Source of the DNA: a virus
Virus record (IMG/VR): IMGVR_UViG_3300013014_000020
Coordinates: 32,001-96,000 of that record
DNA length: 64,000 nt
Reading direction: 5' to 3' (one strand)
Shown in pieces: positions 28,945 to 39,560 of this stretch. Made by a program: the position numbers and the translations under genes. Within the stretch, counting starts at the first letter, position 1. Every line of letters starts with the position of its first letter. Under the pieces are notes generated by a model. The model did no database searches. It worked only from the letters and a program-made list of their open reading frames with translations, and had not been told where the DNA came from.

Positions 28945-31900
28945 TTATACATCATCAAACGACGCACCAGTTGGTGTAATGTAGAATGTAATATCAATAA
29001 ATTCTAAAGATTTTGTAGGTTTAATATAGATTTTACCAACCATTTGGTTTTTATCTAAGTCTTCGGTATCATTTGATACTGTTACTCGGAAATCATATAA
29101 ACCTCTATCTCTTCTTATTGAATCTAAAATTGGGTTAACCGCATTCAAGAAGTCTTGTCTTACTTGTTGGTCATTTTGGTCAAACAACAATCTTACAGAA
29201 ACAGCAGAAATTAATTTTCTTGCTTGTAATAACAATCTTCTTACGTTGATTCTATCAAGGGCTGATTCTCTTACTTGAAGTGTTTTATTACCCCAAATTA
29301 CAGTACCTACGTCAGCAAATGTTGCGATTGGGTTAATTCTACCAAGATAAAGAACGTCTCTATCTTCTTGTGTTAACTTCTTACGAGCTTTAATTGAATT
29401 TACAATACCACGAGTATAACCCGCTGCCGCAAACCAAGGGAATGCAATATTATCAGTAAGTGCCAAGTTTCTTGTAACTTCAGCAGTTGCTGGAATATAG
29501 ATTTGTGTATTGTTTACACTATCTCTTGTTAACACCCAAGGATAATATGTTGCAGTATAGTTAGAGTCAATACCTGTTTCTTCTAACAAATCAACAGCTT
29601 CTTGTGGGTAGATAAAGTTATCACCTTCAGTTGTTGTTGCAACAAACATATTGTAATCCGGCATTGTTGTAATATAAAGTGAATCCGCTCTTTCATTTTC
29701 AACCATATCGATTGTTGTTTCAACAAGATTACTATTGTTATACAAATCAATACCTGGTGTTGTTAATATATTGATATTTACAGCTTCTGGGTTGGCAAAT
29801 GTTCTAATACCTAATAAGTAAGCGTAGTAATCTGTATTACCATATTCAACACTTCCATCACCGATTGCAATTTGTTTAAACAATCCATTTCCTTTACCTT
29901 TAGGGTATCTTAAAGATGAACAAGCACCATTTAAGAATCCTGTTCTACCTAAAGTATATTTATCAGCATTTGTTCTGTATTCTCTATAGATATCCCAACC
30001 ATCAAATCCACCATAAACCATTACTGTGAATTTTCTAGCGTTTAATCTGTAGTAAGGATCAGTTGGGTCCGTAGGTTCCGAAGAAAACGTAGCGTCACCA
30101 ACTTCAAAAGCTGAAGTACCACTTGAAGCAAAAGCTCCGGAAATTGTAATACCACTTGCAAGTTCGTCCATATGGAAACCTTTAGTTTTGAAATCCCACT
30201 CAAATGGTTCACCAGAACATAAGTTAAATGGTTTTCTTTTTCCTTTATATTGGAAGAAATCTGTATCGACACCCCAGTAAGAACCTAAACCTAAGTATGT
30301 TCTTCTAACGTTGTCTCCACCACTTGTGAACGCATCATCACCACCATTGGATAAACCAAAAGGAGGGTTAAATACTAATTCACCTGGTAAGAAATATTTA
30401 GTTTTATAAACTGGGAATGGTGATCTTCCACCTGGATATTCTCTGAATGTATAACCTTCAAAACCACAAGGGATTGAATCTATTGGTGCGTCTTCATTAA
30501 TTTCAACAAGGACGTATCTAGACTTTAATTCATATTCACCATCTAATGTACCAATTTTTTTAGCAATAAAGTTATTTTCTTGTGGGTTCATTGAACAGTT
30601 AGTGAATTTTTCCAATACAACTGGGTTAGAATCACTATCAAAATAATCTCTAATTAAAACTGTAAACGTTTCATTGTTAAATGATAAGTCAGCTAATGAA
30701 ATTTTCACTTCGGTGTTTGCACTATTACCGTCCGAAATTGTATAGAATTTAAATAAGTTATAAACCTTTGTACCTCTTAATTCTGATACAACCCAAGGTG
30801 TGCTTGGTGATTGGAATTTTTCTAAAAAGTAACCAATACTATTTAAGTCATTACTTTGAGCACCTTCACTAGTAACTAATTCAGCACTTAAACCTCTTAT
30901 ATAACCTTTGCTCCACGCATAATTAAGTAAATTTAAATACGATTCTTCGACCATTAATGGAACTTGAGTTCTTGGTTTTTCAAAATTACCACGACCAAAT
31001 ACTTTATTAATGTTTTTAGCATCACTATTAGATAATGAAACTTCAAAATCAAATTCTTTACCGTCGTAGTTAGTAATACCAACACTAAATGGTAAAAATG
31101 GATTTTTAAGTACACCACTATACTGACCAGTCATATCTATTGTAACATCTGTAATACCAGTAACTTCATAGATTGGATTTGTTCCATCTGAATAAGGTGA
31201 ATTACCTCTTGATCTCAATGTTGTTACAACTAAATCATCGTATTCAGTAAATGAACTTCCAGTGTAATAATAAATCACACCCACAACAGAACCTGTAAAA
31301 CACACATTTGGTATTGGTGGTACTGTTGTTGTAGTTGTTACTGGTAAAATTGGGTCGCAAATAAATTGTATAGTAATTGTAACATCATTAGGATCTAATT
31401 CGATAGGATCACTAGATACTAAATTACTTACTGAACCAGTACCAGCTAATCTTTGATAATCGTCGTTAGGGAAACTAACAATAGTACAACCACTAACCTC
31501 ACCGGCTTCAATTGTTACAGAATCACTAATTAATATTGGTAACCCACTTGTAACGTTTATTGTTGTATCAAATGATAATGTTACATCATTTGTAACTGGT
31601 AGTGTTGAAGATAAACAAAATTGAACGACAATTGAACCTGGTGCAACACTTACAACTAAATTATAAGGACCAAAATTTCCAGTCGTTGTTGTCGTTGTTA
31701 TCATATACGGAATGAATGGATTTTGTAAACTTGTATATGTGTTTGTTTGAACAAGGTTATCAACCGATGAAAAGAATGAAAACCCTGAATATAAACTATT
31801 TCCAGCATTTTGAAACAATGCATAATACCAAGAATCGTTTTGTGGTGAAGTTGGGTCTGAATTTTCAAAAACAACATTATCAACCGCAAATACATTTGTT

Positions 31901-32601
31901 TCCGCAGTGTAACCACCACCATATAAAGTATTATAATCTGCTTGTGGTATTGAACCAAAATATCTTATAAAATTATTTTGTGCGGCAGTTGGATTACTAC
32001 TATTAATAACATCAGAAATTAATGCGTTAATTTGTGTTTGTAGTGTTGATAAATCACCATCAAATTCTTCATACGAAGAAGTTAGAATGTTTTGGATGTC
32101 GCTTGGGAAACTTGTTAAGTAACTAACAGCTCCTGTGTTTAGAGTACACGCACTAAATTCTACGGTAAATGGTAATTCTTTTTTAATCACACAAGCTGGT
32201 TCACATAAAACGGTACCAGCACTTAAACACCAATAATCTAATGTTTTAGAGTCCAAGTTTGCTTTAGTTAAAATAGACCAAGAAGGCCCAGCGTCATATC
32301 CAGATAATCCTAAAATTCTGGTAACAAACAATTGATTTGATTGTTGTAAATACGCTTTAGCGATATAAGCAGATTCATACTTTGGAATCTGTGTGTTTAC
32401 GAATTTATCTGGTGATGTTCCACCAAAATAAGATTGGAATTCGTCGTAGTTTCTTACAAAAATTGGTTCAAATGCCGGACCTTTAATTGTTTCTCCGACT
32501 ATCCCTAGAGTTGTAACACCAACGCTTTGAGCAACAAAACTCAAATCAACTTCTGATGTATAAACTCCTGGTGATACAAAAACTTTACTGTTAGTAGCCA
32601 T
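28945..32601 (-). CDS. Tail sheath protein, gp18-like, with large insertions
   Basis: SPGVYTSEVDLS N-terminus; PWFAAAGYTRG, INPI, IWGNKTLQ, LDRINVRRLL and IKPTKSLEFI C-terminal sheath motifs. Confidence 0.95.
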   Translation of the reverse strand: MATNSKVFVSPGVYTSEVDLSFVAQSVGVTTLGIVGETIKGPAFEPIFVRNYDEFQSYFGGTSPDKFVNTQIPKYESAYIAKAYLQQSNQLFVTRILGLSGYDAGPSWSILTKANLDSKTLDYWCLSAGTVLCEPACVIKKELPFTVEFSACTLNTGAVSYLTSFPSDIQNILTSSYEEFDGDLSTLQTQINALISDVINSSNPTAAQNNFIRYFGSIPQADYNTLYGGGYTAETNVFAVDNVVFENSDPTSPQNDSWYYALFQNAGNSLYSGFSFFSSVDNLVQTNTYTSLQNPFIPYMITTTTTTGNFGPYNLVVSVAPGSIVVQFCLSSTLPVTNDVTLSFDTTINVTSGLPILISDSVTIEAGEVSGCTIVSFPNDDYQRLAGTGSVSNLVSSDPIELDPNDVTITIQFICDPILPVTTTTTVPPIPNVCFTGSVVGVIYYYTGSSFTEYDDLVVTTLRSRGNSPYSDGTNPIYEVTGITDVTIDMTGQYSGVLKNPFLPFSVGITNYDGKEFDFEVSLSNSDAKNINKVFGRGNFEKPRTQVPLMVEESYLNLLNYAWSKGYIRGLSAELVTSEGAQSNDLNSIGYFLEKFQSPSTPWVVSELRGTKVYNLFKFYTISDGNSANTEVKISLADLSFNNETFTVLIRDYFDSDSNPVVLEKFTNCSMNPQENNFIAKKIGTLDGEYELKSRYVLVEINEDAPIDSIPCGFEGYTFREYPGGRSPFPVYKTKYFLPGELVFNPPFGLSNGGDDAFTSGGDNVRRTYLGLGSYWGVDTDFFQYKGKRKPFNLCSGEPFEWDFKTKGFHMDELASGITISGAFASSGTSAFEVGDATFSSEPTDPTDPYYRLNARKFTVMVYGGFDGWDIYREYRTNADKYTLGRTGFLNGACSSLRYPKGKGNGLFKQIAIGDGSVEYGNTDYYAYLLGIRTFANPEAVNINILTTPGIDLYNNSNLVETTIDMVENERADSLYITTMPDYNMFVATTTEGDNFIYPQEAVDLLEETGIDSNYTATYYPWVLTRDSVNNTQIYIPATAEVTRNLALTDNIAFPWFAAAGYTRGIVNSIKARKKLTQEDRDVLYLGRINPIATFADVGTVIWGNKTLQVRESALDRINVRRLLLQARKLISAVSVRLLFDQNDQQVRQDFLNAVNPILDSIRRDRGLYDFRVTVSNDTEDLDKNQMVGKIYIKPTKSLEFIDITFYITPTGASFDDV

Positions 32602-32719
32602 TGTCTTTATTTAATTTATTCATTTATTTTAATATAAATATTAACGTTTTAAGCAAAAACTTTACTTATTATAAACTATTTATATTTTGGTATGATTTTT
32701 TTCTACCTTTTTTCTACCT

Positions 32720-32884
32720 ATGTCAGAACAACTAAAAAAGATAAAAAATTTAAAGATTGATAAAGACGTTCACGATGTCTTAAAAAAATATTGTGATAAA
32801 AGGGGACTTAAAATGTATAAATTTTTAGAAGGTCTTATTTTGGAAAAATGTAAAGAAAAAAAAGATATATACGGTGAAGATTAA
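32720..32884 (+). CDS. Small ribbon-helix-helix-like DNA-binding protein
   Basis: Below the track cutoff. MSEQLKKIKNLKIDKDVHDVLKKYCDKRGLKMYKFLEGLILEKCKEKKDIYGED shows a beta-strand then two helices. Confidence 0.7.
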   Translation: MSEQLKKIKNLKIDKDVHDVLKKYCDKRGLKMYKFLEGLILEKCKEKKDIYGED

Positions 32885-33918
32885 TTAAGAGACTCAACGT
32901 ATACTAAACTAGCCACTTGTGTTGCGTCTAGTCTAACAATCTGAAATAAAATTGTATCATTTGTGTTAATTTGTATTTCAGTTAAATCATTTCCGTAGTA
33001 ATCCCCATTTATATAAACTTGGAATGAACTAATGTTATTTGATTGGGTTAAGTTCATTTTAAATGTATAATTAAATAATTCCTCAACCTCATCAGTTGTT
33101 ACTGGAAATACAACATCATAAACCGTTGGTTCTGGTGGTTGTGCTCTTTTTTGTCTTCTTTTTTTATACGGAGTTTCGGTTTCAAACAACTGGAATGACC
33201 TAGTAATAGCAGGGCTAACCTCAAATTGGTCTTCATCTATTAAAAACCCCATCATTGTAAATTCATACTTTTGTATATAGTATTTTCTTTTTTCCAAATC
33301 CATAACCGACTCATCCGTTATGTTATTCATTTTAATTGGTATGTAATGTCCTTTAATTGTTTGATACGATTGAAGTGATGAAAATTTTTCAATAACAATT
33401 TGATTAAATTTATTAACCTCACGCATTCTATTACAGATAATAGCAACAGTATAAGTTATATCAACTGGGACTGGTTGTGGTATTTTATAAATGTCATAAC
33501 CATTTTTATTTCCATCCCAAGTTGGTACCTTAGCATAAAAATATAATCTCCTATTAGGTATTGTGTAAACTATCGATGGGTTATTACCATATTTAACTTC
33601 TGGTGTTCTAATTACAGTTATAAATGGCGGTTCGGTATTTTTGTCAATATTTTGAAAGTCCCAAGTTTCAACAAACTGTGACCAATTTTGTGTTGTTATT
33701 AAAATATCTATCATTGGTATTGTTTTACCTTCGACAACACACTTTAATTCATCACGAACAAAATCTAAAAATCCACGATCTAAATCTGCGTGTAATAAAC
33801 TTTTAGGTAAAAACGTTCCATCCGCCTCTATCATATCACGAAGTTCTCTTCTTCGTGGTAAAAGAGTTTTAGATTCAGTTAACGGAATGTATTTTTTTAT
33901 TTTTTTTGGTAATGCCAT
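32881..33918 (-). CDS. Tail terminator / sheath stabiliser, gp15-like
   Basis: PQPVPVDITYTVAI...NQIVIEKF; lies between the neck and sheath genes. Confidence 0.6.
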   Translation of the reverse strand: MALPKKIKKYIPLTESKTLLPRRRELRDMIEADGTFLPKSLLHADLDRGFLDFVRDELKCVVEGKTIPMIDILITTQNWSQFVETWDFQNIDKNTEPPFITVIRTPEVKYGNNPSIVYTIPNRRLYFYAKVPTWDGNKNGYDIYKIPQPVPVDITYTVAIICNRMREVNKFNQIVIEKFSSLQSYQTIKGHYIPIKMNNITDESVMDLEKRKYYIQKYEFTMMGFLIDEDQFEVSPAITRSFQLFETETPYKKRRQKRAQPPEPTVYDVVFPVTTDEVEELFNYTFKMNLTQSNNISSFQVYINGDYYGNDLTEIQINTNDTILFQIVRLDATQVASLVYVESLN

Positions 33919-33920
33919 TA

Positions 33921-34433
33921 TTATAACGCTCTAAATTCATTAGGTCCGACTGGTGCCGCAACAATAGTTTTATAAAAAGGACGATAGCCTTTATATGTGT
34001 GTTTAAAATCAGACACTACCCTACCGTCATTAACAACAGTGTAATACCTTACAAAATTTTCTGTATCGTAATAACCAACGTAATCTCCAAGATCAATATC
34101 TATCCCAAGCTCCTCAAGTGTTTTTAAATAAACTGATATTGTTATGTTTCCTGGCTCAAGTTGTACGTTCTTGGTAGAACCAACATTTTTATTTTCTGGT
34201 GTCGCAATTTGCACAAACGCACTAAATTCTATTGGTGCTAAAAACTTAATACCGTCTGACACTGTTTCACCATAAACATCATCAGTTTTTGTTTTTGTTT
34301 TATCTACTCTGTAAAGAACACAAGTAAAGTTCATATCACCAATTAACCATTCTTGACCCATCTCAATTTCAAGATTAAAGTCGTTATCACCAAAAAATTT
34401 ACCAAGTCTTGTTATTGGAACTCTATTATCCAT
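33921..34433 (-). CDS. Head closure / neck protein, gp14-like
   Basis: LYRVD..KTDDVYGE motif and position. Confidence 0.6.
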   Translation of the reverse strand: MDNRVPITRLGKFFGDNDFNLEIEMGQEWLIGDMNFTCVLYRVDKTKTKTDDVYGETVSDGIKFLAPIEFSAFVQIATPENKNVGSTKNVQLEPGNITISVYLKTLEELGIDIDLGDYVGYYDTENFVRYYTVVNDGRVVSDFKHTYKGYRPFYKTIVAAPVGPNEFRAL

Positions 34434-34492
34434 AATTGTTATTTATTGATAAATATTGTTTTTATTATTATTTTTATTTATAACTTGGAATT

Positions 34493-36253
34493 TTGGAATT
34501 ACAAAAACAATTAATAGAACATAAAGCACTCGATTTGTTGGATTCATATAGTGGAGCCAACAATCATATTCTTTATATGAAAACAAAAAAGGACACTAAT
34601 AAAAAGTTTTATCCTACAAGAACACAAGCTGAATATGTTGTAACGTATTTTGATACAAAACCTAAAGTTGCTCGTAAGTGGGTTGAGTTAGATCCTTATT
34701 TTGCTAAAAAGTTTGCACAAGAAAGGTCTTTACTTGAAACTCCAGAAAAAATTTACATTGAAAAGTTATTAGTTGAAAAAGATAAATCTTATCATATCTG
34801 GGGTAAATTTTTTGAAAGGGATGGTTTGTCCGAATTTTGGGTTCCTAAGTCGTCTTTAATTAAATCACAAACGGTAGATGAGGTTAACATTGATTACTCT
34901 AAATATGATCATAGACCACCACTATCACATCAAAAAGAAGCAATAGAAAAACTTGTTGGTTCTAAACGATTTATATTGGCCGATGATATGGGTCTTGGTA
35001 AGACAACATCTACAATTATTGCGGCTCTTGAGACTGGTGCAAAGAAAATATTAATAGTATGTCCTGCATCACTTAAAATAAACTGGGAAAGAGAAATTGC
35101 AAATTATTCAGATAGAGTTTGTTATATTGCTGAAGGTAAAAAATTCTCAACTGAAGCCGATTTTGTTATTGTTAATTACGACATATTAAAAAATTTCCAC
35201 AACAAGGAAGATAAAGAAAATTCTTTATTATTACAATCAAAATTTGAACTTGTAATTTTAGATGAGGCACATATGGTCTCAAATGCTCAAGCGCAAAGAA
35301 CAAAACTTATAAACGATTTTACAAAAAACATTAAAAGAGTTTGGTTGCTTACCGGAACGCCAATGACATCAAGACCTATTAATTACTATAATCTATTAAA
35401 CATAATTGAAAGTCCTGTTGCTCAAAACTGGATGGCTTATGCAATTCGTTATTGTCAGGGATTTCAGTTTAGAGCTGGTAATAGAAAAGTTTGGAACGTA
35501 ACTGGGGCGTCAAACCTAGAAGAGTTAAGGGATAGAACATCAAAACAAATTTTAAGAAGATTAAAAGAAAATGTTTTAGATTTACCGGACAAGATTATTA
35601 CACCAGTGTATTTAAGAACCTCATCAAAAGAATACAAAGACCTAATGGGTGAGTATTACGAATGGTTAGAAAATAGAAAAGATGAATCATCTTCACTTAC
35701 AGTCCAGTTTTCAAAATTAATGAAAGTAAGAAAAGTAATTGCAAATGAAAAAGTAAAAGACACAATTGAGTTTGTGCAAAACATTGTAGACCAAGGAAAA
35801 AAAGTAATTATTTTTACAAACTTTACTGACACACTACAACTAATCCATAATCATTTTGGGAAAGAATCTGTATATCTGGACGGTAGTTGTAACAAAACAC
35901 AAAGACAATATGCCGTGGATCAGTTTCAAGAAAATGAAAAAGTAAAAGTCTTTGTTGGAAATTTAAAAGCGGCAGGTGTTGGTCTTACATTAACAGCGGC
36001 TGAAGTTGTGATAATGAATGACCTATCATTTGTACCAGCGGAACACGCACAAGCAGAAGACAGGGCATACAGATATGGTCAAAAAAACAACGTCCTTGTT
36101 TATTATCCAATATTTGAAAATACAATAGAAGGCGTTATCTATGATATATTAAATAAGAAGAAGAAAGTGATTGGCACCGTAATGGGGGATGAACTACAAG
36201 AATCTGGTGATGTTGTAGAAGAAATACTACACCTAATAAATAAAAGAAATTAA
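34493..36253 (+). CDS. SNF2-family (SMARCAL1/HARP-like) helicase/ATPase
   Basis: LADDMGLGKT, VCPASL, LDEAH, LTGTP, AAGVGLTL and QAEDRAYRYGQ. Confidence 0.93.
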   Translation: MELQKQLIEHKALDLLDSYSGANNHILYMKTKKDTNKKFYPTRTQAEYVVTYFDTKPKVARKWVELDPYFAKKFAQERSLLETPEKIYIEKLLVEKDKSYHIWGKFFERDGLSEFWVPKSSLIKSQTVDEVNIDYSKYDHRPPLSHQKEAIEKLVGSKRFILADDMGLGKTTSTIIAALETGAKKILIVCPASLKINWEREIANYSDRVCYIAEGKKFSTEADFVIVNYDILKNFHNKEDKENSLLLQSKFELVILDEAHMVSNAQAQRTKLINDFTKNIKRVWLLTGTPMTSRPINYYNLLNIIESPVAQNWMAYAIRYCQGFQFRAGNRKVWNVTGASNLEELRDRTSKQILRRLKENVLDLPDKIITPVYLRTSSKEYKDLMGEYYEWLENRKDESSSLTVQFSKLMKVRKVIANEKVKDTIEFVQNIVDQGKKVIIFTNFTDTLQLIHNHFGKESVYLDGSCNKTQRQYAVDQFQENEKVKVFVGNLKAAGVGLTLTAAEVVIMNDLSFVPAEHAQAEDRAYRYGQKNNVLVYYPIFENTIEGVIYDILNKKKKVIGTVMGDELQESGDVVEEILHLINKRN

Positions 36254-36255
36254 CC

Positions 36256-36282
36256 AAATCCCACCCAAAAGTGGGGTTTTTT
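36256..36282 (+). terminator. Rho-independent terminator
   Basis: AAATCCCAC-CCAAAA-GTGGGGTTTTTT right after the helicase stop. Confidence 0.7.
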
Positions 36283-36305
36283 ATTTTATAATGTATTTAT
36301 AGTTA

Positions 36306-38402
36306 ATGAAAGTTAAGGTAAAACATATAAAATGTGATATGTCCGAAAAAGACAGAAAGTTAGCAAACGATTTTATAAAATTTCTACAAAAAAAATATCC
36401 ATTAAAAGAAGAAATTACAATTATTTTTACTGGTGAAAGATTTGGCACAATGACATCTGGAAGTAGAACTAAAGATTCTGAACTTAAAATATTAACTAAA
36501 GGAAGAATGAATAGAGATATTTTTAGAACTTTAGCTCACGAATGGATACACGAATGGCAAATGAATGTAAAAGGAAAAAAACCAACTAACGATGGTATTG
36601 GTGGGCCACTAGAAGATGAAGCAAATGCTGAAGCTGGTTCTCTATTAAAGAAATTTGAAAAAAATTTTCCAGAAAAAGAAGAAATGATGTATGAAGGTAT
36701 AAATAAAAAAATTAATTTATTAAAAGAAAATATTTTAATCACTGAAAAAGAAAACATCAAAAAAGAATTTCTTTTAGAGATGAAAAAGATTGGTATTGAA
36801 AAATTACCGTATTCGTATTCGGCATTAAAACAATTTGTTGATCCAGAAACAATGAACATACATTATAACAAACATTATAAAGGTTATGTTAAAAAATTAA
36901 ATGACGCTCTTTCTAAAAAAAATTATAAAGATGTTGATTTAGAAGATATTATAAAATCTATTGGTAAGTACGATACAAAAGTTAGAAACAACGCTGGTGG
37001 TGCTTTTAATCACGCTTTATTTTGGAAAATGTTATCACCAAAAAAACAAATACCAAAAGGTGAAATTTTTGAAAAGATTACCAAACAATATGGTAATATT
37101 AAAAAAATGAAAGACGAGTTTAATGAAGTTGCTAAAGAAAGATTCGGTTCTGGTTGGGTTTGGCTTATTTTAACAAAAACAAATAGACTAAAAATTATGT
37201 CAACACCAAATCAAGATAACCCTTTAATGAACATTGTTAAAGATGGTGGATACCCATTACTTGGTCTTGATCTTTGGGAGCACGCTTATTATTTAAGATA
37301 CAGAAACAAAAGAGATGAGTATATTAAAAAATTCTGGAATCACATAAATTGGGAATTTGTTAATGAGCTCTATGTTGGGAAATCTAAAAAAAAATTAAAT
37401 GAATCTTATTTAAAAGTTTTATTAGAGAGCGAAGAATTTGAACCGGATATTAAACGTGCGATGAATCGTGAATTACAAAAAATTAGATTAATTCCATTAG
37501 ACGCTGAAGCCGCAGAAGTTGCAATCAATAACATAATAACAACAGAAATTGATGAACGTGGTTTAAAATTTGATAGGTCAATAGTTGGTTTAATGTCTTT
37601 AGATTTAAACAATACTTCCGAAAGAACTAGATTTAGATTTAATAATTATTATCAAAGATTCATTAGAAGTAGGTCAAGGGGTCTTGATTTTGAGGCGTTA
37701 ATTTCTGGTTTATTAGGTGGCAATATTTCTTCTGGGTTAAATACCCCTTATGATATTATTACGTCAGATAATTTAAAAATCTCTTGTAAAATTGTTAGAG
37801 ACACAAGTGAATCACCAGTATTAAAAGGTGTGAAAGCTTCGTTAAGTAATTATATTAATTCATACACGGGTAGTGATGAAAATAAAAACCTATTACAAAG
37901 TATTGAGTCTGAACCAAATGTAATTGCAAAATTAATTAATAGTGAAAATCAGGATATGAGAAATGTTGCTGAAGATTTAATTAGTTATTTATTAGTAGAT
38001 ATTGACGGCATGTTACTTGGTGTACCAAAAAATGATTATGAAATATCATTATATTATTACGATAAAAACGCACTTAAAAATATTCTTAAATTACCTGGAA
38101 TGACAACCGCACCAAAATCAAAGGGTTCTCAACAAATAAGGTTCTCAACAAAAATACTTAAATTAACAAATTCTGAAGTTACACCATTAAGGGGTTCTAT
38201 TAAATTTCCAGATATAACTATGGAAGAATACTCAAAATTTTTATTAGGTGATGATAAAACAAAAGAAGTTCTTGATTTATTTAATAATTTAGGTCAAAAA
38301 TATGGTGTAGGTAAATTAGGTGATAATATACCACAGGACGTTATTAAAAATCTTTCTAGAAATGAAAGATTTAAGATAGATATGAGAAGAATACTAAAAT
38401 AA
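36306..38402 (+). CDS. Three-domain protein: HEXXH zincin-like domain + Fe/Mn superoxide dismutase + PD-(D/E)XK-like domain
   Basis: RTLAHEWIHEWQ..EDEANA; LPYSYSAL..IHYNKHYKGY..GGAFNH..FGSGWVWL..NQD..DLWEHAYY; then RGLDFEALI..PYDII..KISCK. Confidence 0.85.
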   Translation: MKVKVKHIKCDMSEKDRKLANDFIKFLQKKYPLKEEITIIFTGERFGTMTSGSRTKDSELKILTKGRMNRDIFRTLAHEWIHEWQMNVKGKKPTNDGIGGPLEDEANAEAGSLLKKFEKNFPEKEEMMYEGINKKINLLKENILITEKENIKKEFLLEMKKIGIEKLPYSYSALKQFVDPETMNIHYNKHYKGYVKKLNDALSKKNYKDVDLEDIIKSIGKYDTKVRNNAGGAFNHALFWKMLSPKKQIPKGEIFEKITKQYGNIKKMKDEFNEVAKERFGSGWVWLILTKTNRLKIMSTPNQDNPLMNIVKDGGYPLLGLDLWEHAYYLRYRNKRDEYIKKFWNHINWEFVNELYVGKSKKKLNESYLKVLLESEEFEPDIKRAMNRELQKIRLIPLDAEAAEVAINNIITTEIDERGLKFDRSIVGLMSLDLNNTSERTRFRFNNYYQRFIRSRSRGLDFEALISGLLGGNISSGLNTPYDIITSDNLKISCKIVRDTSESPVLKGVKASLSNYINSYTGSDENKNLLQSIESEPNVIAKLINSENQDMRNVAEDLISYLLVDIDGMLLGVPKNDYEISLYYYDKNALKNILKLPGMTTAPKSKGSQQIRFSTKILKLTNSEVTPLRGSIKFPDITMEEYSKFLLGDDKTKEVLDLFNNLGQKYGVGKLGDNIPQDVIKNLSRNERFKIDMRRILK

Positions 38403-38432
38403 TTTATTATGATATTTATATAAAAAAACTGT

Positions 38433-39560
38433 ATGGCAATTATTGACGAACCAGAAAGAAGTAAGTTGTACACAAAAGTAAGACATTTACTTGGTGCACC
38501 ATTAAGATCCGTTGAATTAGAGGACGAACAAATGGATACATTGCTTGAATTTTCAATTGATGAGTATTCGCAATATGTTCAAGATTGGTTAATAGAATCA
38601 CAATGGACAGCACTTCACAATCTTAATTTAGATACACAATCATTAACAAAAGCTTTTACAACTAGAAGTTTAGATTATGAAACTAGGTATACATATGCCT
38701 ACTCTAAAATCGTAGGACTACAAGCCGGTGGTGATTCTGTATTGAAAAAGGATTATATACAATTAGTACCTAAACAACAAATTTATGAAATTCCTGCTGG
38801 TCGTGAATTAAATGAATTGTTATGGTATTCTCCACCAGAATTAAATAATATGGTATTTGACCCATGGTCTTTTGGTTCTTTAGGTGTTGGCGGTGGTCTT
38901 GGAGGCGGTGGAGGTCTAGCTCAGATGGGTAATATGGGTGGTAGTTATTTTATGATGCCAGCCTTTGATATGTTACTTAGAATGCAAGAAATTAATATAC
39001 AAAGAAGAATTATTGCCGGTGAATTAACATATCGTGTAACAGCATTACCTGAAGGTAAAAAAGCAGTTCATTTAATGAATACACCTGGTGGTAAATTCGA
39101 CTTTGGTAATTCAACTTTAATGAGAGGTAGAGTTTGGTATTGGTATTACGATGATGGTGGTGATAGAGATAACTGTTTGGCAAAAAATCCAGATATAATA
39201 AGACTACCATCCGATGTTCCATTTGACAAAATAAATTGGTTAGAGTTAAATAATCCGGCCCAAGTTTGGGTTAGAAGATGGTTTATTGCTTATTGTAAGG
39301 AAACATTATCTAGGGTTCGTGGTAAATTTAGCGGGAACTTAAAAACAGGTGAAGGTGGTGATCTTACGATGGATTATACATCACTTGCAACTGAAGCTAA
39401 AGATGAAAAGACAAAACTTATTGACGAACTTATTGGTGCCGAAGGTAGACTTACTAGGTTAAAACCAGAAAAAGTTATGGAGAGAGAAGCATTACTTGCT
39501 GAAAACTTAAATAAACAGCTCAAGTTTAGAGCAATGCCTAGACAAATTTATGTGATATGA
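38433..39560 (+). CDS. Neck / head-tail adaptor, T4 gp13-like
   Basis: RHLLGAPLRSVELEDEQM and WVRRWFIAYCKETLSRVRGKF..G..LTMD. Confidence 0.8.
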   Translation: MAIIDEPERSKLYTKVRHLLGAPLRSVELEDEQMDTLLEFSIDEYSQYVQDWLIESQWTALHNLNLDTQSLTKAFTTRSLDYETRYTYAYSKIVGLQAGGDSVLKKDYIQLVPKQQIYEIPAGRELNELLWYSPPELNNMVFDPWSFGSLGVGGGLGGGGGLAQMGNMGGSYFMMPAFDMLLRMQEINIQRRIIAGELTYRVTALPEGKKAVHLMNTPGGKFDFGNSTLMRGRVWYWYYDDGGDRDNCLAKNPDIIRLPSDVPFDKINWLELNNPAQVWVRRWFIAYCKETLSRVRGKFSGNLKTGEGGDLTMDYTSLATEAKDEKTKLIDELIGAEGRLTRLKPEKVMEREALLAENLNKQLKFRAMPRQIYVI

